Shown here piece after piece: positions 30,354 to 44,994 of a DNA stretch of 64,000 nt. The notes beneath the pieces were generated by a model. It worked only from the letters and a program-made list of their open reading frames with translations. It was not told the DNA's origin and searched no databases. Positions within the stretch are counted from its first letter, which is position 1, and each line of letters opens with the position of its first letter. Source of the DNA: the human T2T-CHM13v2.0 reference genome, Homo sapiens; the NCBI RefSeq assembly GCF_009914755.1, contig NC_060947.1. The stretch is one strand, 5' to 3'. A program made the translations under genes and the position numbers.

Positions 30354-33010
30354 TAGGCAGCTTCTAGCTAAAGGTAAACCTAACAGCATATAAACTGCAA
30401 AGTCAATTCTGAAGGAACACCTTGAATATTTTCTCACAGTTAGGAATTCTGAACACATTCTGCAAAATCATTCCCATTATAGAGCATGCATGTTTATTAA
30501 TAATAATAATAACTAATTTGTATATAAATACTTGCTGTGCATTAAATAATTTATACTATCTCATAATAGGAAAGAAGAAGAAAGTAATATTAAATAATAA
30601 TTAGGATTATTTTAATAAGTAAACAATAAGTGAGGCTGTTTGGCTAAAAAGCCCCAGAAAATTTCAGGTTACTTTGAAGCATTTCATACATTTTTTTTTT
30701 AAAAAAAGAGAAAGCTATAGATAACTTTTATGCTTTCTTAAATGTAAGTAATGAGGAAGATTTTATTTGGTAATGATGATGAGGGAGAATGTCTTTTTCC
30801 CCTAATAATCCTGTGTCTGAAATTTTTATTTCATTAATTCATTAATGTTTCTTTCAGGAAGTAGAGTTTACAAGGGAATGAATTACCCTTAAAGTCTATT
30901 TTCTAGATTTCTTGAGGCTGTATCTCTATTTCATTTATCGATTCTTATTTGAAAATCCTTGCAGATGTGGAAGAATACAGCTTTATGTCATAATGCATTC
31001 TTCCTAAAAGCATTCTGATATCCAGCCTTGTGAAATACAAAAATTATGGAAAAGGACTAGCACTAAATGGGGATCATTAATACCAATCACAAAAAAACTT
31101 GATTCAGTTTTTAAATTAGTTCTGCATTCAAAAACAATAATTTAAGGTCTCTTGTTTTCAAGCCATAAATAGTATTAAATTTCTTTCATATATAAAAGAA
31201 CTAAATTCCTTGTGTTTAATTTCCATTATTCTTTAGTACACTTAGTGTTTCAGAAATCTGTATTCTATTAGATATGATGGTTTACTGACATTATGTGATC
31301 TAAATGCTGCATGGCAATATGGTTTATCTGCAAATACTGTGTTGTCATCTAGTAATATAACTATAGTTAGTTTTATATATATTTTAGTTCTTTGAGAATT
31401 AAATATAGCCATTGGAACATAACTTATAAGATATAGTTTACTAAGCTGGCATTTCATAAATCTAATATATAATTTACAGTCTTGTGTTCAATTTACAAGC
31501 AAATATACAAATCCATCCAATATCCTACTAAAATGCTAGTTGCATTTTAATTCTGTTAAGACAGTGTCAGATTTTCCACATATGCTTGCATGAGGAACAA
31601 TGAAAGTATGTGTGTTCCAAACAGGAAGTGACTTTTTATGATTTGTTTACATTTTATTTGGAAAGATTTTTATTTCAGAGCAAATAATTATTTAAAAGGC
31701 CTTATTCTTCAGAGGGCTACATACACAGATAAACATTAAAAGATTATTTTTATCAAATCTCTGTAGTTTTAAAATGTTCTTTCCTCTTGGGTAGTGAGGA
31801 ACTTGTTACAAAGAAAGTGTCTCCTCTACAGAAAATATTTAAAATACACTTAAGAGGACAAAAGAGTAAAATGATCCAGTTTTGTCTTCTGAGTGTGGTG
31901 GACATATTATAAAGGCTATATATTGAAGCCAATAAAAAGCTTGAAGATGCTATTTAAAAATATTAGAGAATGTGAAATTGAAATATCAACATAGTGACCC
32001 TTGTTTTGTCAGTATTGCTTGAAAACTCCATACTTTTCTGTAAAATTCATAGTGTTTACTATATCACTGCAACTGATTCTTAGTTGGTCAGTGTATAATT
32101 TAACAGAATATTCTAAATACATTTTGAGTCAAATTATTACTTACCCAGTCATAAAGTCTTTCGATATTGGAGTCAGGACAATCCATGCATCAAAGCCCCT
32201 TTGAACCACAGCCTTATATAAATGTCTGCATTTTCTGGCTTGATTTTAAGTTGACAGTCAAAACTTTTTGCAGTCGTGATTATTTTTACAGATACAGCCT
32301 TGGCACTTTTTTCCTATTTTCTTATTTTGAAGATGAATGTGATGGACTTAGTTTAATTCCTCTGAACATTTTTCCCCATATTAAAAAACTTTGTTTATAC
32401 AGGATAGGCATTTTGGTGGTATGTGAACATATATGTTTGATTTGGATGGCAAATAATAAAACCTCTCTCATCTCAAAAAGAAAACAGACTTGAAAAATGA
32501 TAGGACTAGTTTTCAAATTAGGCAGAATTTTTTTCATGTGGTTATGATTTTTTGAACACATTTAATCCAGAAAAAAAGTTATTGCAAAAGTGCCTTTTTC
32601 TCTAAAAGATAAAACACTCATGTATGTGAAGTGAGTGAAATTTGGTTGGCATTTTATTATATGTCTTGTGACTAAACACAGTTTCATTATCATTATATAT
32701 AGTACATTTCTGTACTTAACCAAATTTCTTTTTCTATGATAAAAATGTAGAATTTATAGGTCTTTGAACAACTATGACATTTAAGTACTAATTTCTCCTA
32801 TTAACTCTACTGTGTGCCATTAAATATAAAGTTAGTTCAGTAAAGCAATGCTCTTTTAATGCTTCCTTAAATCCTTTCTAGAGCAAAGGCACAGATTTAT
32901 TACTTACGTGCATTAACTTACAATATTAAGAAAGGTGTAAAAACTCTTTACATCAGAATGAATTAACACACTGAGTTCTCCAGGGACTCATGACGTGAAT
33001 ATATACATTA

Positions 33011-33050
33011 ACACACACACACACATACACATACACACATTTACATACAC
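33011..33050. repeat. Imperfect (CA)n microsatellite
   Basis: acacacacacacacatacacatacacacatttacatacac. Confidence 0.8.
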
Positions 33051-34618
33051 AATACATGTATCTACTCATTCTACTGAAAAGTTTGGTTTTGCTTGGTACT
33101 TTTCTTAATTCAACAGTATTTTACTGCATTCTATATAGATTTGTTTTAAAAATCTACCCTGTTGATATAAGGTCCCTCCTTCATATTATTATAGGAAATA
33201 CCATCCCTTTCAATTTCCTGCCACAAGATGTTTCCATATAAATATAGTATGTGTATTAATAGGGCTGAATCACCCTCTGATTTCAGCTGCATTAACATTC
33301 ATGTCACAAGCCTCATAGCTTGAGGTCTGGTACATTGACAGATACGCATAACCTTACTCCAGTGCCACAAATTCGTTAAGGCTGCTTCCAAGCTAGTTGC
33401 AGTCTCAATTTCTTTTTGATAGTGGACTAACCAGGCAATTTGTTCAGGAAAAGTTTTCAGCAAGCTGAAAGAAAATTCTGCCTGGATTTTATATTTATTT
33501 CCTTCATGTTGCCTAAGAACTATCTATATAGTTCTATTGTGGTAATAAGCAATACTTTTATTTTAGAAAATAAAAGAGTAAATTGTAATGTAAATGGCAA
33601 CAACACCTTGTGATGGGTTAAACAGATAAGAAAACTCACTGATTGTCAGTCTGGAGAATGTTGTTTACTACTTTCTACATATTTCAAATACTGGGAATAT
33701 AGTTTTCTACATTTGGACAAACCTAAACATTTACACACAGAAGCAGAAATACAGGCTTTTGCCAGACTGGGGCTCATATTTTAGAATTCACATTACTTTT
33801 ATAAGCTCATCACCATTTTATAAGGTATAATAGGAATTAATTAAAAATTTGTTCTTTTTATCTGTCTTGTTATAATTTAGTTTATTCTATGAATTTAAGA
33901 TTTTAGTCTCATCACTTAACATAAAATTAAATTGTTTTTCTGGTTTGACAGCATTTATTCATGGCACTGTTTAGGGTAACCAGAAACAATTAAGAACAAG
34001 GAAGAAATTTAACTAATGGTCCACAAGGGGGGAAACATTGCATTTACATTCATAGTCATGTTCTAGAAGACAAGCTTTTCTGACAAAAAGTTCATAGGTA
34101 AGCAGTGAAACATGTCATAAAATAAACAAGATTCAATTTAACAAATCACAAATGGACTATTTCTATCAAAATGGGCTTAATCTGGGCTTAATTACCTATT
34201 GCAGTGTGTGAGTAATAGGTTTTAGGGAGCCCATAAATTATTAGAGATGTTTTTCTCTAGAATCCTATAGAAGAAAAAAATCAACTTGCCATCACCCTAA
34301 ATGCCATTCTTAAACTCTATATTTTATCAGATTACCTTCTCTCCTCAAGAAACATTGATGTATAATGAAATTTTGATATATCCATTTAGAATGAGTTCTA
34401 GGAATATGTCTTTTTACTCTTAAATGAGATACGTAGAGTTTGAATACTGAGAATAATTCTTTTAAGGTTTATTTTAAATTAATAACATGTTGTTTGAATT
34501 TCTTATAATACAAGTTTATATCATGCTAATTTGATTCCTAAGGCTGCAGTGCTCCTTATGGTAGTTCTTAAATATATTTCTATTTTTAAGCAGTGCAGAT
34601 TTTTACCAAGAATCAATC

Positions 34619-34887
34619 AGGTAAACTGGCAGAAGAAAACATTATACTTAAGTTAACATTACTACCATTATACCTACTGTCTTGAACACTAAAAACAATT
34701 TATGTGCTAAGGTAAACTGGCAGAAGAAAGCATTATACTTAAGTTAACATTATTACCATTATACCTACTGTCTTAAACACTAAAAGCAATTTATGTGCAA
34801 AGGTAAACTGGCAGAAGAAAGCTATATACTTAAGTTAACATTACTAACATTATACCTACTCTCTTGAACACTAAAAGCAATTTATGT
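34619..34887. repeat. Tandem repeat, 91-bp unit, about 3 copies
   Basis: gtaaactggcagaagaaa recurs at 34621, 34712 and 34803; the units differ by only a few substitutions. Confidence 0.95.
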
Positions 34888-34889
34888 AT

Positions 34890-35080
34890 GACATGGTACA
34901 GTGAAAAATGGACTTGGGCAACAGTTAAAAGTTTCATGGCCTATTTCAAATTCTGTCAGTTATTAGCTGTGTAACATTGAGGCAAGTTGTTTAGCCTTTC
35001 TGAGACTCACCATTTTGTTTTCAGCAAAATAAGAATAATTACAAATTGCCCTGTAAATCTCAAAGAAAGTTTGAAAAGGT
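34890..35080 (+). mobile_element. MIR SINE
   Basis: catggtacagtgaaaa...ttagctgtgtaacattgaggcaagttgtttagcctttctgagactca. Confidence 0.6.
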
Positions 35081-35175
35081 CAGGAGATATATTGTATGGG
35101 AGTAAATTATTAGTATTTTAGACCCTCGGCCATTTACTACCCTAACATGTTTCTACATCTTCTCCTTTACTCTAA

Positions 35176-35424
<249 letters not shown>

Positions 35425-37115
35425 TAAGACTATATTTCTGGCATAGGAATCTCAATTTCCTTTAATAAGTTTTTGGGTTGTGAGAGTTACTTAGGCGCTT
35501 TTGAATCTTTATAATTGATCTGTCTCTCTCATGTGCTTCTAAGTGGAATTTCTACAATATGAGACATTATATTAAAAATTATTCTAGATTTTCAAAAGAT
35601 AAGAAAGAACAGTAGGTAACATTGTAGCTCATAATGATTTATAAAAATCTTTTTAGCATCACATGTATTTCTTGTGTGTTAGATGTTGCCAGTTTGGAAA
35701 AATTCAAGTGTTTTTTTATTCTTTTTTGTTTTTTTAAATGAATACTTACTGTTAACATGACTTATTTAAAATAAAATTATCTCCATATTCCTCAGGGATT
35801 TTAAGAAATATAATTTTCTCGAGAAATTCTCACCTCAGTTTTTGTATTTTTTAAAGAAGCTGTGAAATTTATTTGACATTAGAGTGGAAGTGGATTTTAA
35901 ATAGAATGGATTGAACATACTGTATTTAAGGCAAAAATGGGCTTAGAGTTATGATGGGCACAGGATTGTTTTAATCTTTGATTCATGACCGAAAAAGTAA
36001 CCCAGTCACAAATACTTAAAATTGTTATAGTATATCTGAAAGATTTGCAGATAAAGTTGCTTAAAGTAGTCAAGCTTGTGGTTCTTCTGCAAGAATAAAT
36101 GGATTTAATTGAAAGTCTCTGCTCCTCCCTTTCCACTTTTCAAATTAATAATTTTTAGCGAGGAGCTTATACTTTGAGGAAGGACAGCATCCCTGCTAAT
36201 TAGTTCAAACTTGATCAATGGGAGCTGAGCAGAAGCAAAGTTGTTTTTAGCTCCTCCATTCTATTCCTACACCTCACTTGTCTGTCATGGCCATATGCCT
36301 CCCTCCTTTGGTCTCAAAAGAGCAGTCATCACATATCTTCATATACATGTCTTATTTCCTTTCAGCTCTTTGGTAATAAGTATGAAAGAAAAATTTTCCC
36401 CAAAATGATGCTAAAGAATAGGAACCATACTTATCTTACCTTGTGTTATTCTCTGTACATGTGCTTTTTAATCATAAGAATAAATAATATATTTTAACAT
36501 AAACTCCTCAACTACACTACTCTAGTGGCAATTAAACTGTTAAGTATTGAAGATATTTGAACCTTTACTTTTCTCCTCTACTATATTGTAAACCTACAAT
36601 ATAGAGTATAGAGGCCTGTAATCTTTGCTATCCCTACCCTTGCCCCATGAAATAATATGAAATTTTTTTTCTTATTCATTCATTCCACAAGTACTAATTG
36701 ACTGCCTATTACCAAATAGGCAGTAATGTATGTCAACTCTTCTTTCTTTGTGTCCCAGTATTATCTGGCTATTTTCTACTTGTGTTGAAGTAGATAATTA
36801 ATGTTTAATTTAAGAGAAATTATAGTCACCAAATGAAAGTGATTGATTACTGATGACTTTATTTTAAAAAATGTTTACTAAGTTCTTACTCGAATGGCTA
36901 TAAATTGGTAGTCCCTTCGGACTACATTTTAAAGCCCCTAATGCCATCATGTGCCACAAATCTCCCCCGACTAGAATAGAATACTTTTTAAATATTAGAA
37001 AATTTAGATAGCCTATAAATACTTGACATCTTTTTGTAACCAACTTAGGAGAAAAGAAATATGTACATACTTAAAAGAGAGAAGTAAGCAGAGTTATTTG
37101 TTTCATTCAGTATGG

Positions 37116-40100
37116 CTTTTAACTTTCTAAAATTGACACATAATAATTGTACATATTTATGGGATACAGAGTGATATTTTGATACATATATAGAATGGGT
37201 AATGATCAAATCAGGGTAATTAGCATATTCTTCACCTTAAACATTTATCACTTCTTTGTTCTGGGAACATTCGAAATCTTCTCTTCCAGCTGTTAGAAAT
37301 TATATAATAAATTATTGTTACCTATAGCCATCCTATAGCACCGTAGAATACCAGAACTTAACTTCTCTCATGTAGCTGTAATTTATATCCATTAACCAAT
37401 CTCTTCAAAATCCCTCTCCCACTCACCCCTCCCATTCTCAGCCTCCAGTAACCACAGTTCTACTCTCTATGAGCTCAAAGTTTTTAGTTCCCACTCGTGA
37501 ATGCAAACATGCAGTATTTATCTTTCTGGGCCTGATGTATTTTACTTAACATAATGTCTTCCAGGTTCATTCATGTTGCAGCAAATGATAAGATTTCATT
37601 CTTTTTTAGAGCTGAGTAATATTCTGATATATATATATATCACATTTTCTTTATCCATTAATCTGTTGATAAACACATAGGTTAATTTTAATATCTTAGC
37701 TATTGTGAATAATGCTGCAATACACATGGGAGTACAGATATCTCTTTGACATACTGATTTCCTTTCCTTTGGACCTATACCCAGTAATGTGAATGCTGAA
37801 TCGTATGGTAGTCCTGTTTTTAGTTTTTTAAAGACTCTCCATACTAATTACTATAATGACGGTACCAATTTACATTCTCATCAATATTGTATAAGAGCTC
37901 CCTTTTCTCTGAATCATTGCCAGCATTTCTTATTTTTTGTCTTTTTGTTAATAACCATTCTAATTGGGGTGAGATGATATCTCTTTGTGGTTTTAATTTG
38001 CATTTCCCTAATGATAAACGACGTTAAGCATTTTTATATAGCAGTTGGTCATTTGTGTGTCTGCTTTCACGCAATGTCTATTCAGATCATTTGCCCATTT
38101 TTAAATAAAAATATTTCTTTTATTGCTGTTGAGTTGTTTGAGTTCCTTGCATATTCTGGATATTAGTTCCCTGTCAGATGAATTGTTTCCTTTGCTCTAC
38201 ATAAGACTTTTAGTTTGATATAATCCCGTTTGTCTGTTTTTTTTCTTTTGTTGCATGTAAACCTTAGCCATAAAAATATTTGCCTAGACCAATGTCCTGA
38301 AGTATTTCCCCTGTGTATTCTTCTAGTAGTTTTATAATTTGGGGTCTTATATTTAAGCGTTTAATCCATTTTGAGTTGATTGTGTACATGGTGAGAGATA
38401 GGGTTCTAGTTTCATTTTTCTGAATATGGATATCCAGTTTTCCCAGCCCTATTTATTGAAGAGGCTATCCTTTGCCCAATGTATGTTCTTGTTGCCTTTG
38501 TCAAAAATCACCCGGCTGTAAATACGGACTTATTTCTGAATACTCCATTCTGTTTGATTGGGCTGTGTGTCTGTTTTTATACCAGTGCAATGCTGATTTG
38601 GTTATTACAGCTTTGTAGTGTAATTTGAAGTCAGTCAGTGTGATGCCTTCAGCTTTGTTCTTTTTGTTCACAAATGCTTTGGCTATTTGGGGTATTTTAT
38701 GGTTCCATACAAATTTTGGATTTTTTTTCTATTTCTGTAAAGCATGTCATTGGTATTTTGACAGGGATTCCATTGAATCTGTAGATTGCTTTGGGTAGTA
38801 TAGTCATTTTGACAATGTTAATTCTTCTAATCCATGAAAATGTGATGTCTTTCCATTTTTTGTGTTCTCTTCAGTTTCTTTCATCAGTGTTTTGTAGTTT
38901 TCATTGTAGAGATCTTTCACTTCCTTGGTTAACTTTATTTCTAAGTATTTTTTGTAGCTATTATAAAGGGGATTGCATTCTTGATTTTTTTTCAGATAGT
39001 TTGTTATTGGCATATAGAAACACTACTGATTTTTGTATGTTGATTTTGTATACTGCAACTTTATTGAAGTTCTTAATCAGTTCTAAGAGTTTTATTGTGG
39101 AGTCTTTAGGTTTTTCTATATATAAGAACATATTGTCTGCAAACAGGAACAATTTGACTTTCTCTTTTCCAATTTGAATGCCCTTTATTTCTTTATCTTA
39201 TCTAATTTCTCTGGTTAGCATTTCCAGTACTATGTTAAATAGGAGTTGTGAAAGTGCTCATCCTTGTCTTGTTCCAGTTTTTAGAGAAAAAGCTTTCCAC
39301 TTTTCTCCATTCAATATAATGTTAGCTGTGGGATTGTCATATCTGGCCTTTATTGTGTTGAGGTGCATTGCTTTCTAATTTGTTGAGAGTTTTTATCATG
39401 AAGGGATGTTGAATGTTATTAAGTGGCTTTTTTGTGTATCTATTGAAATGTTTATATGGTTTTTGTCCTTTATTCTGTTGAGGTATCACATTTATTGATT
39501 TGCATATGTTGAACCATCCTTGCATCTCTGGGTTAAATCTCATTTGATAATGGTATACAATCTTTTTTATGTATTGTTAGATTTTATTTTCTAGTGTTTT
39601 GTTGAGGATTTTTGCATCCATATTCATGAGGGATATTGGTCTGTAGTTTTCTTTTTTAGTTTTCTTCTTGTTGGATTTTAGTAGTAGGCTACTGCTGGCC
39701 TCATAGAATGAGTTTGGAAGAATTTCCTCCTCTACTATTTTTTCGGATAGTTTGAGAATACTTGGTATAAGTTATTCTTTAAAAGTTTGGTAGAATTCAG
39801 CAATGAAGCCAGCAATGAAGTCATCTGGTCCTGGGCTTTTCTGTGTTGGGATCATTTTTATTACTGATTCAATCTCATTACTAGATAGTGATCTGTTCAG
39901 TTTTTTTATTTCTCCTTGATTCAATCTTGATACATTATATGAGTCCAGGAATTTATCATTTTCTCTAGGTTTTCTAATTTGTTGGCTTGTAGTTGTTCAG
40001 AATAGTCTCTTATATTCCTTTGTATTATTGTGGTATCAGTGGCAAAGTTTCCTTTTTATGTCTGACTTTATTTGGGTAATCTCTGTTCTTAGTCTGGCTA

Positions 40101-43090
40101 ATAATTTATTTTGTTTACCCTTCAAAAAATCAACTTTTCGTTTTGTTGGTCTTCTGTAGGTTTTTTTTTTTTTTGTCTCTTTCATTTAGTTCTGCTCTGA
40201 TCTTTATTATTTCTTTTCTTCCACTAATTTTGAGTTTGATTTATTTTTGCTTTTCTGATTTCTTTTTTTCCTAATTTTTTGAAGTGCAATGTTGGAGTGT
40301 TTATTTGAAATCTTTCTGCTTTTTTGATGTAGGCATTTCTTGCTATAAACTTCTTTCTTAGTATTGCTTTTGCTGTATCCCATAGGTTTTTGTATATTGT
40401 ATTTCTGTTTTAATTTGCTTAAATTTTTTAATTTCCTTTTTAATTTCTTCATTGACCCATTCGTTGTTCAGAAGCATATTGTTTAACTTCCATATAATCG
40501 TACAGTTTTTAAAGTTTCTCTTACTATTGATTTCTAGTTTTATTTCATTATGATCTGAAAAGATACTTGATAGAATTTCAATTTTTAAAATTTGTTGAAA
40601 CTTGTGGCCTAACGTATGGTCTATCCTGGAGAATGTTATTTGTACTGATGAGAAGAATGTATACTCTGCAGCTGTTGAATGAAATGTTCTGTAAATGTCT
40701 GTTAGGTCCATTTAGTCTATAGTGCAGTTTAAGTCTGACATTTCTGTGTTGATTATCTCTCTAGATGACCTATCTAATGCTGAGAGTTGGGTGTTAAGTC
40801 CATAGCTATTATTATATAGGGGTCTATCTCTCCCTTTAGCTCTAGTAAGGTTTGCTTTATATTTCTGGGTGCTCCTGTGTTGGGTACATATATATTTACA
40901 ACTATTATATTCATTTGCTGAATTGATTCCTTTGTCATTATATAATGACCTTCTTTTTACAGTTTTTGACTTAAAGTTTATTTTATCTAAGTATACCTAC
41001 TGATGCTTGATTTGGTTTTTGTTTGCATGAAATATCTTTTTCTGTCTTTTTACTGTCAGTCGGTATGTGTCTACAGGTGAAGTGAGCTTCTTGTATGCAG
41101 TATAGAGTTGGGTCTTGTTTTTTTTTTTTTTTTCTTTAATCCACTCAGCCAGTCTATATCTTTTGATTGGGGAATTTAAACCATTTACATTCAGGGTTGT
41201 TACTGATAGGTGAGGAATTACTCCTTCATTTAGGCAATTGTTTTGCTTATTCTTTGTTGCTTTCTTCTCTTTTTGTTTTATCTTTGCAGTTTGGTGGTTT
41301 TCTGTAGTGATAAGGTTTGATTCATTTATCTTTGTCATTTGTGTTTCTACTCTACCAGTGACTTTTATTCTTTTGTGTGCTTCCATGATGGAAATTACTG
41401 TCTTTTTGCTTATAGATGTAGGATTCCCTTAAGTATTTCTTTTAGGCCTGGTCTAGTGGTAATGAATTCCCTCAGTCTTTTCTTGTCTGGGAAAGACTTT
41501 ATTTCTCCTTCATTGCTGAATCATGGCTTTGCTCGTTGTAGTAGTATTAGCCAACAATTTTTTTCTTTCAGCACTTTGAGTATATCATCCCATTCTTTCT
41601 TGGTCTGTAAAGTTTCTGCTGAGAAATCCACTGTTATTCTGATGGAGGTTCTTTTTATGTGATCTGACACTTTTTTCTTACTGTTTTTAAATTTTTTTCT
41701 GTGTCTTTGACTTTTGACAATTTGAATATAATGTGATTTGGAGAAGACTTTTTTGGGTTTGAATCTGTTTGCGGTTCTTTGAGCTTCCTGTATGTTTGTA
41801 TGGTATATCGCTTGCAAAACTTGGGAAGTTTTTAGCTCTTATTTTGTTAAATAGTGTATTAGTCAGGGTTCTCCAGAGGGACAGAACTAATAGGATATAT
41901 GTATATATGAAAGGGAGTTTATGAAGCAGAATTGACTCACACGATCACCAGGTGAACTCCCACAATAGGCTGTCTGCAAGCTGAGGAGTAAGGAAGCCAG
42001 TAGTGGCTCAGTCCAGGTCCCAAAGCCTCAAAAGTGGAGAAGCCAACAGTGCGGACTTCAGTATGTGGCCGAAGGCCTGAGAGCCACTGGCAAACCGCTG
42101 ATAAAAGTTCAAGAATCCAAAGGCTGAAGAACCTGGAGTCTGATTCAAGGGCAGGAACCATCTAGCATGGGAGAAAGATGAAAGCCGAAAGACTCAGCAA
42201 GCCAGCTTATTCCACCTCCTTCTGCCTGCTGTTTCTAGCCATGCTGACAGCCAGTTGGATGGTGCCACCCACATTGAGGGTGGGTCTTCTTCTCCCAGTT
42301 CACTGACTCAAATATTAATCTCCTTTGGCAACATCCTAACAGACATACCTTGAAACAACACTTTGAATCCTTCAATCCAATCAAATTGACACTTAATATT
42401 AACTATTACAAATAGGTTTTCTATGCCTTTGCCCATTTAATTTACTTCTGGAACACTTAAATTCAAATGTTTGGTCACTTTATGGTGTCCCATTTGTCAT
42501 GTAGAGTTTCTTTATTCTTTTTTATTCTTTTTTCTTTCTTTTATCTCTGACTGGATTATTTCAAAAGACCTGTCTTTATATTCAGAAATTCCTTCTTAAG
42601 CTTGATCTAGTCTATTGTTGAAGTTCTCAGTTGTATGTTTTTATTTCATTCATTGAATTCTTCAGTTTTAAGATTTTTGTTTGGTTCTTTTATATGATAT
42701 CTATTTTTGTTGAATTTCTCATTCAGATCATGAATTGTGTTCCTTATTTTGTTGAATTGTCTGTATTTTCTTATATCTCTCTGAGTTTCCTTAAGATCAT
42801 TATTTTGAATTGCTTTTCAGGCATTTCATACAGTTTTTTTTTCCTTTGGTGTATATTGCTAGAGTTGTGTTCCTTTGGAAGTGTCATATTTCCTTACTTT
42901 TTCATGTTTCTCATGACCTTACATTGATATCTGTGCATCTGGTGAAGCAGTCACTTCTTTGAATTTTGTGGGTTTGCTTTCACAGGGAAAGACATTTTTC
43001 TGCATTTGCATTCTATAGTGTCAATTGGGTAGGGTGCTTTGTTTGGGTTGTGTGTGTGTGCACAGTAGTGTAATCTCCATATGATATCTT
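37116..43090 (-). mobile_element. Old, near-complete L1 (L1MA-type 3' end), inactive, interrupted by an MLT2B LTR
   Basis: 3'UTR ttgacacataataattgtacatatttatggg...; minus-strand ORF2 fragments (FLFADNM, MQGWFNICKSINVI, DLTDIYRTFH, TLNVNGLNSPIKR) and an ORF1 fragment (IRITVDFSAETLQ..EWDDILKVLKEK). The 5' boundary is approximate. Confidence 0.9.
41855..42410 (-). mobile_element. MLT2B-like ERVL solo LTR
   Basis: TG...CA termini (tgtattagtcagggttctccagag ... ttaatattaactattaca); 5-bp TSD aatag at 41850-41854 and 42411-42415. Confidence 0.9.
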
Positions 43091-44239
43091 TGTCTATAGT
43101 CACTCTTGTATTCTCCAAAGTTTTTTTTTTAACTTTTGAAACTGAAACAAATATAACCTTAATGTAGATACTTGTAGATACTTCACTGGAGATTCCTCAG
43201 TACAAGAACTGAAGATTGTTTCAAGTAAATAACAGTTTAATGTATTTACCTTTTTAAAATTAAATGTTAAATAATAAAACCTATATGTCAGGCACAGGAC
43301 TGTGTGGCCCTAATTTTCCCAACAATTTATTTGTTAAGTCATTCAACTAATACTTGTATACATAAAGTCAGCCAGCCACTGGGACACAAAAATGAATAAA
43401 ACCATAAATCCTAATTACCCAAAGGGAAGAAACAAATAAATAGATGCATCACAGTCACTTCAGGTAAGTTGGAAGGTGTGCACCAAGTGCTGTAGTAGCC
43501 TAGGAAATAAAGTCTCATAGTTTGCCTTGGAAGTCAAATGAGTACACATGACATTTATGCTGGGTTTTAAATGATGAATAGCGATTTCATCCAGGGTTTT
43601 TAAATGCTAGTCATCCCACCAAATACCTGGTACCTTCTCAAGCCTATGTCTGAGATCTGAAGATTTGTCTAAATATCTCAGCCCAGACCCTAACGACCCC
43701 AACAGAAATAACTTCAAACCTTCATAAGCAATAATCAATGACAACTTTTTTATTTAACCTATAAAATAGTCCCATTACCTGGACTCCCAAGTGCGACAAT
43801 ATTATCTTGTATTTGAAAATAATGATAACGAAAGTATGTAATCCTGCTTAAATATATTGTTTAAAAAAAAACTAAAGTACAAAAAACTACATACTTGACA
43901 TTTTCTGGAAATAATGGTAATTTAATCTCTTAGCACTTGTGTGATACCTTAAAATGCACTATGTAAGTCTTTTATCCTTAGAGTGTTCAATTTCTGTTCT
44001 TGGTCACAAAAACCCTTACCTTGAAGTATGTGAATTTAGCTACCACTTCTTTCCTATTAACTTCCCAGATCATCTGTTTACTCAAAGAGACTTTAGAGTT
44101 AAGATTATAAGAATATGGGTAGGATTTTGAGAAGCAAAAGCGATATGACACAGTTCTTCATATGTGCTTTCAGTTGAATGTGTATGTAGTTGCTATATTT
44201 TCCTTGTACATTCATATTCTAAATTTAGACATCTAATAG

Positions 44240-44611
<372 letters not shown>

Positions 44612-44789
44612 TGAAAATATCTTAATAGTAGCTTTTAAAGTATGTTATTTAACGAAGATTCTTATGTTATACCATGGACCCTCTAGTTGTTAAGAATGAG
44701 TTAAAAGAAGTACAGGTATTTACCCTAAGCAATTAAACAAATACAGTATGGACTGACAGTAGATGGCATTTCTAGAAAATAAGTAAATA

Positions 44790-44991
44790 CAATAAGCCCT
44801 CATTTAACATCATCTACAGGTTCTTGGAAACTGGGACTTTAAGCAAAATGATGCACAGCTGATCCCAATGCCATTTCCTTCAATATCATTTTGTTATAAC
44901 AATGAGGAAGAAGATGGTTTTGTAATCTGTGGTTTCACTTTAAGTCCAAGTTTCCAAGAACCTAGAGACAACATTAAGTGAGGACTTACTG
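44790..44991. mobile_element. MER82-like TcMar-Tigger MITE, internally deleted
   Basis: About 60-bp TIRs (caataagccctcatttaac...ggttcttggaaact / agtttccaagaacc...attaagtgaggacttactg) flanked by TA dinucleotides. Confidence 0.8.
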
Positions 44992-44994
44992 TAA

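Noticed and set aside
34619-34887. CRISPR-like appearance of the regularly spaced repeat
   Set aside because: The units are similar along their whole length with no unique spacers, there are no cas genes, and the context is a primate intron.
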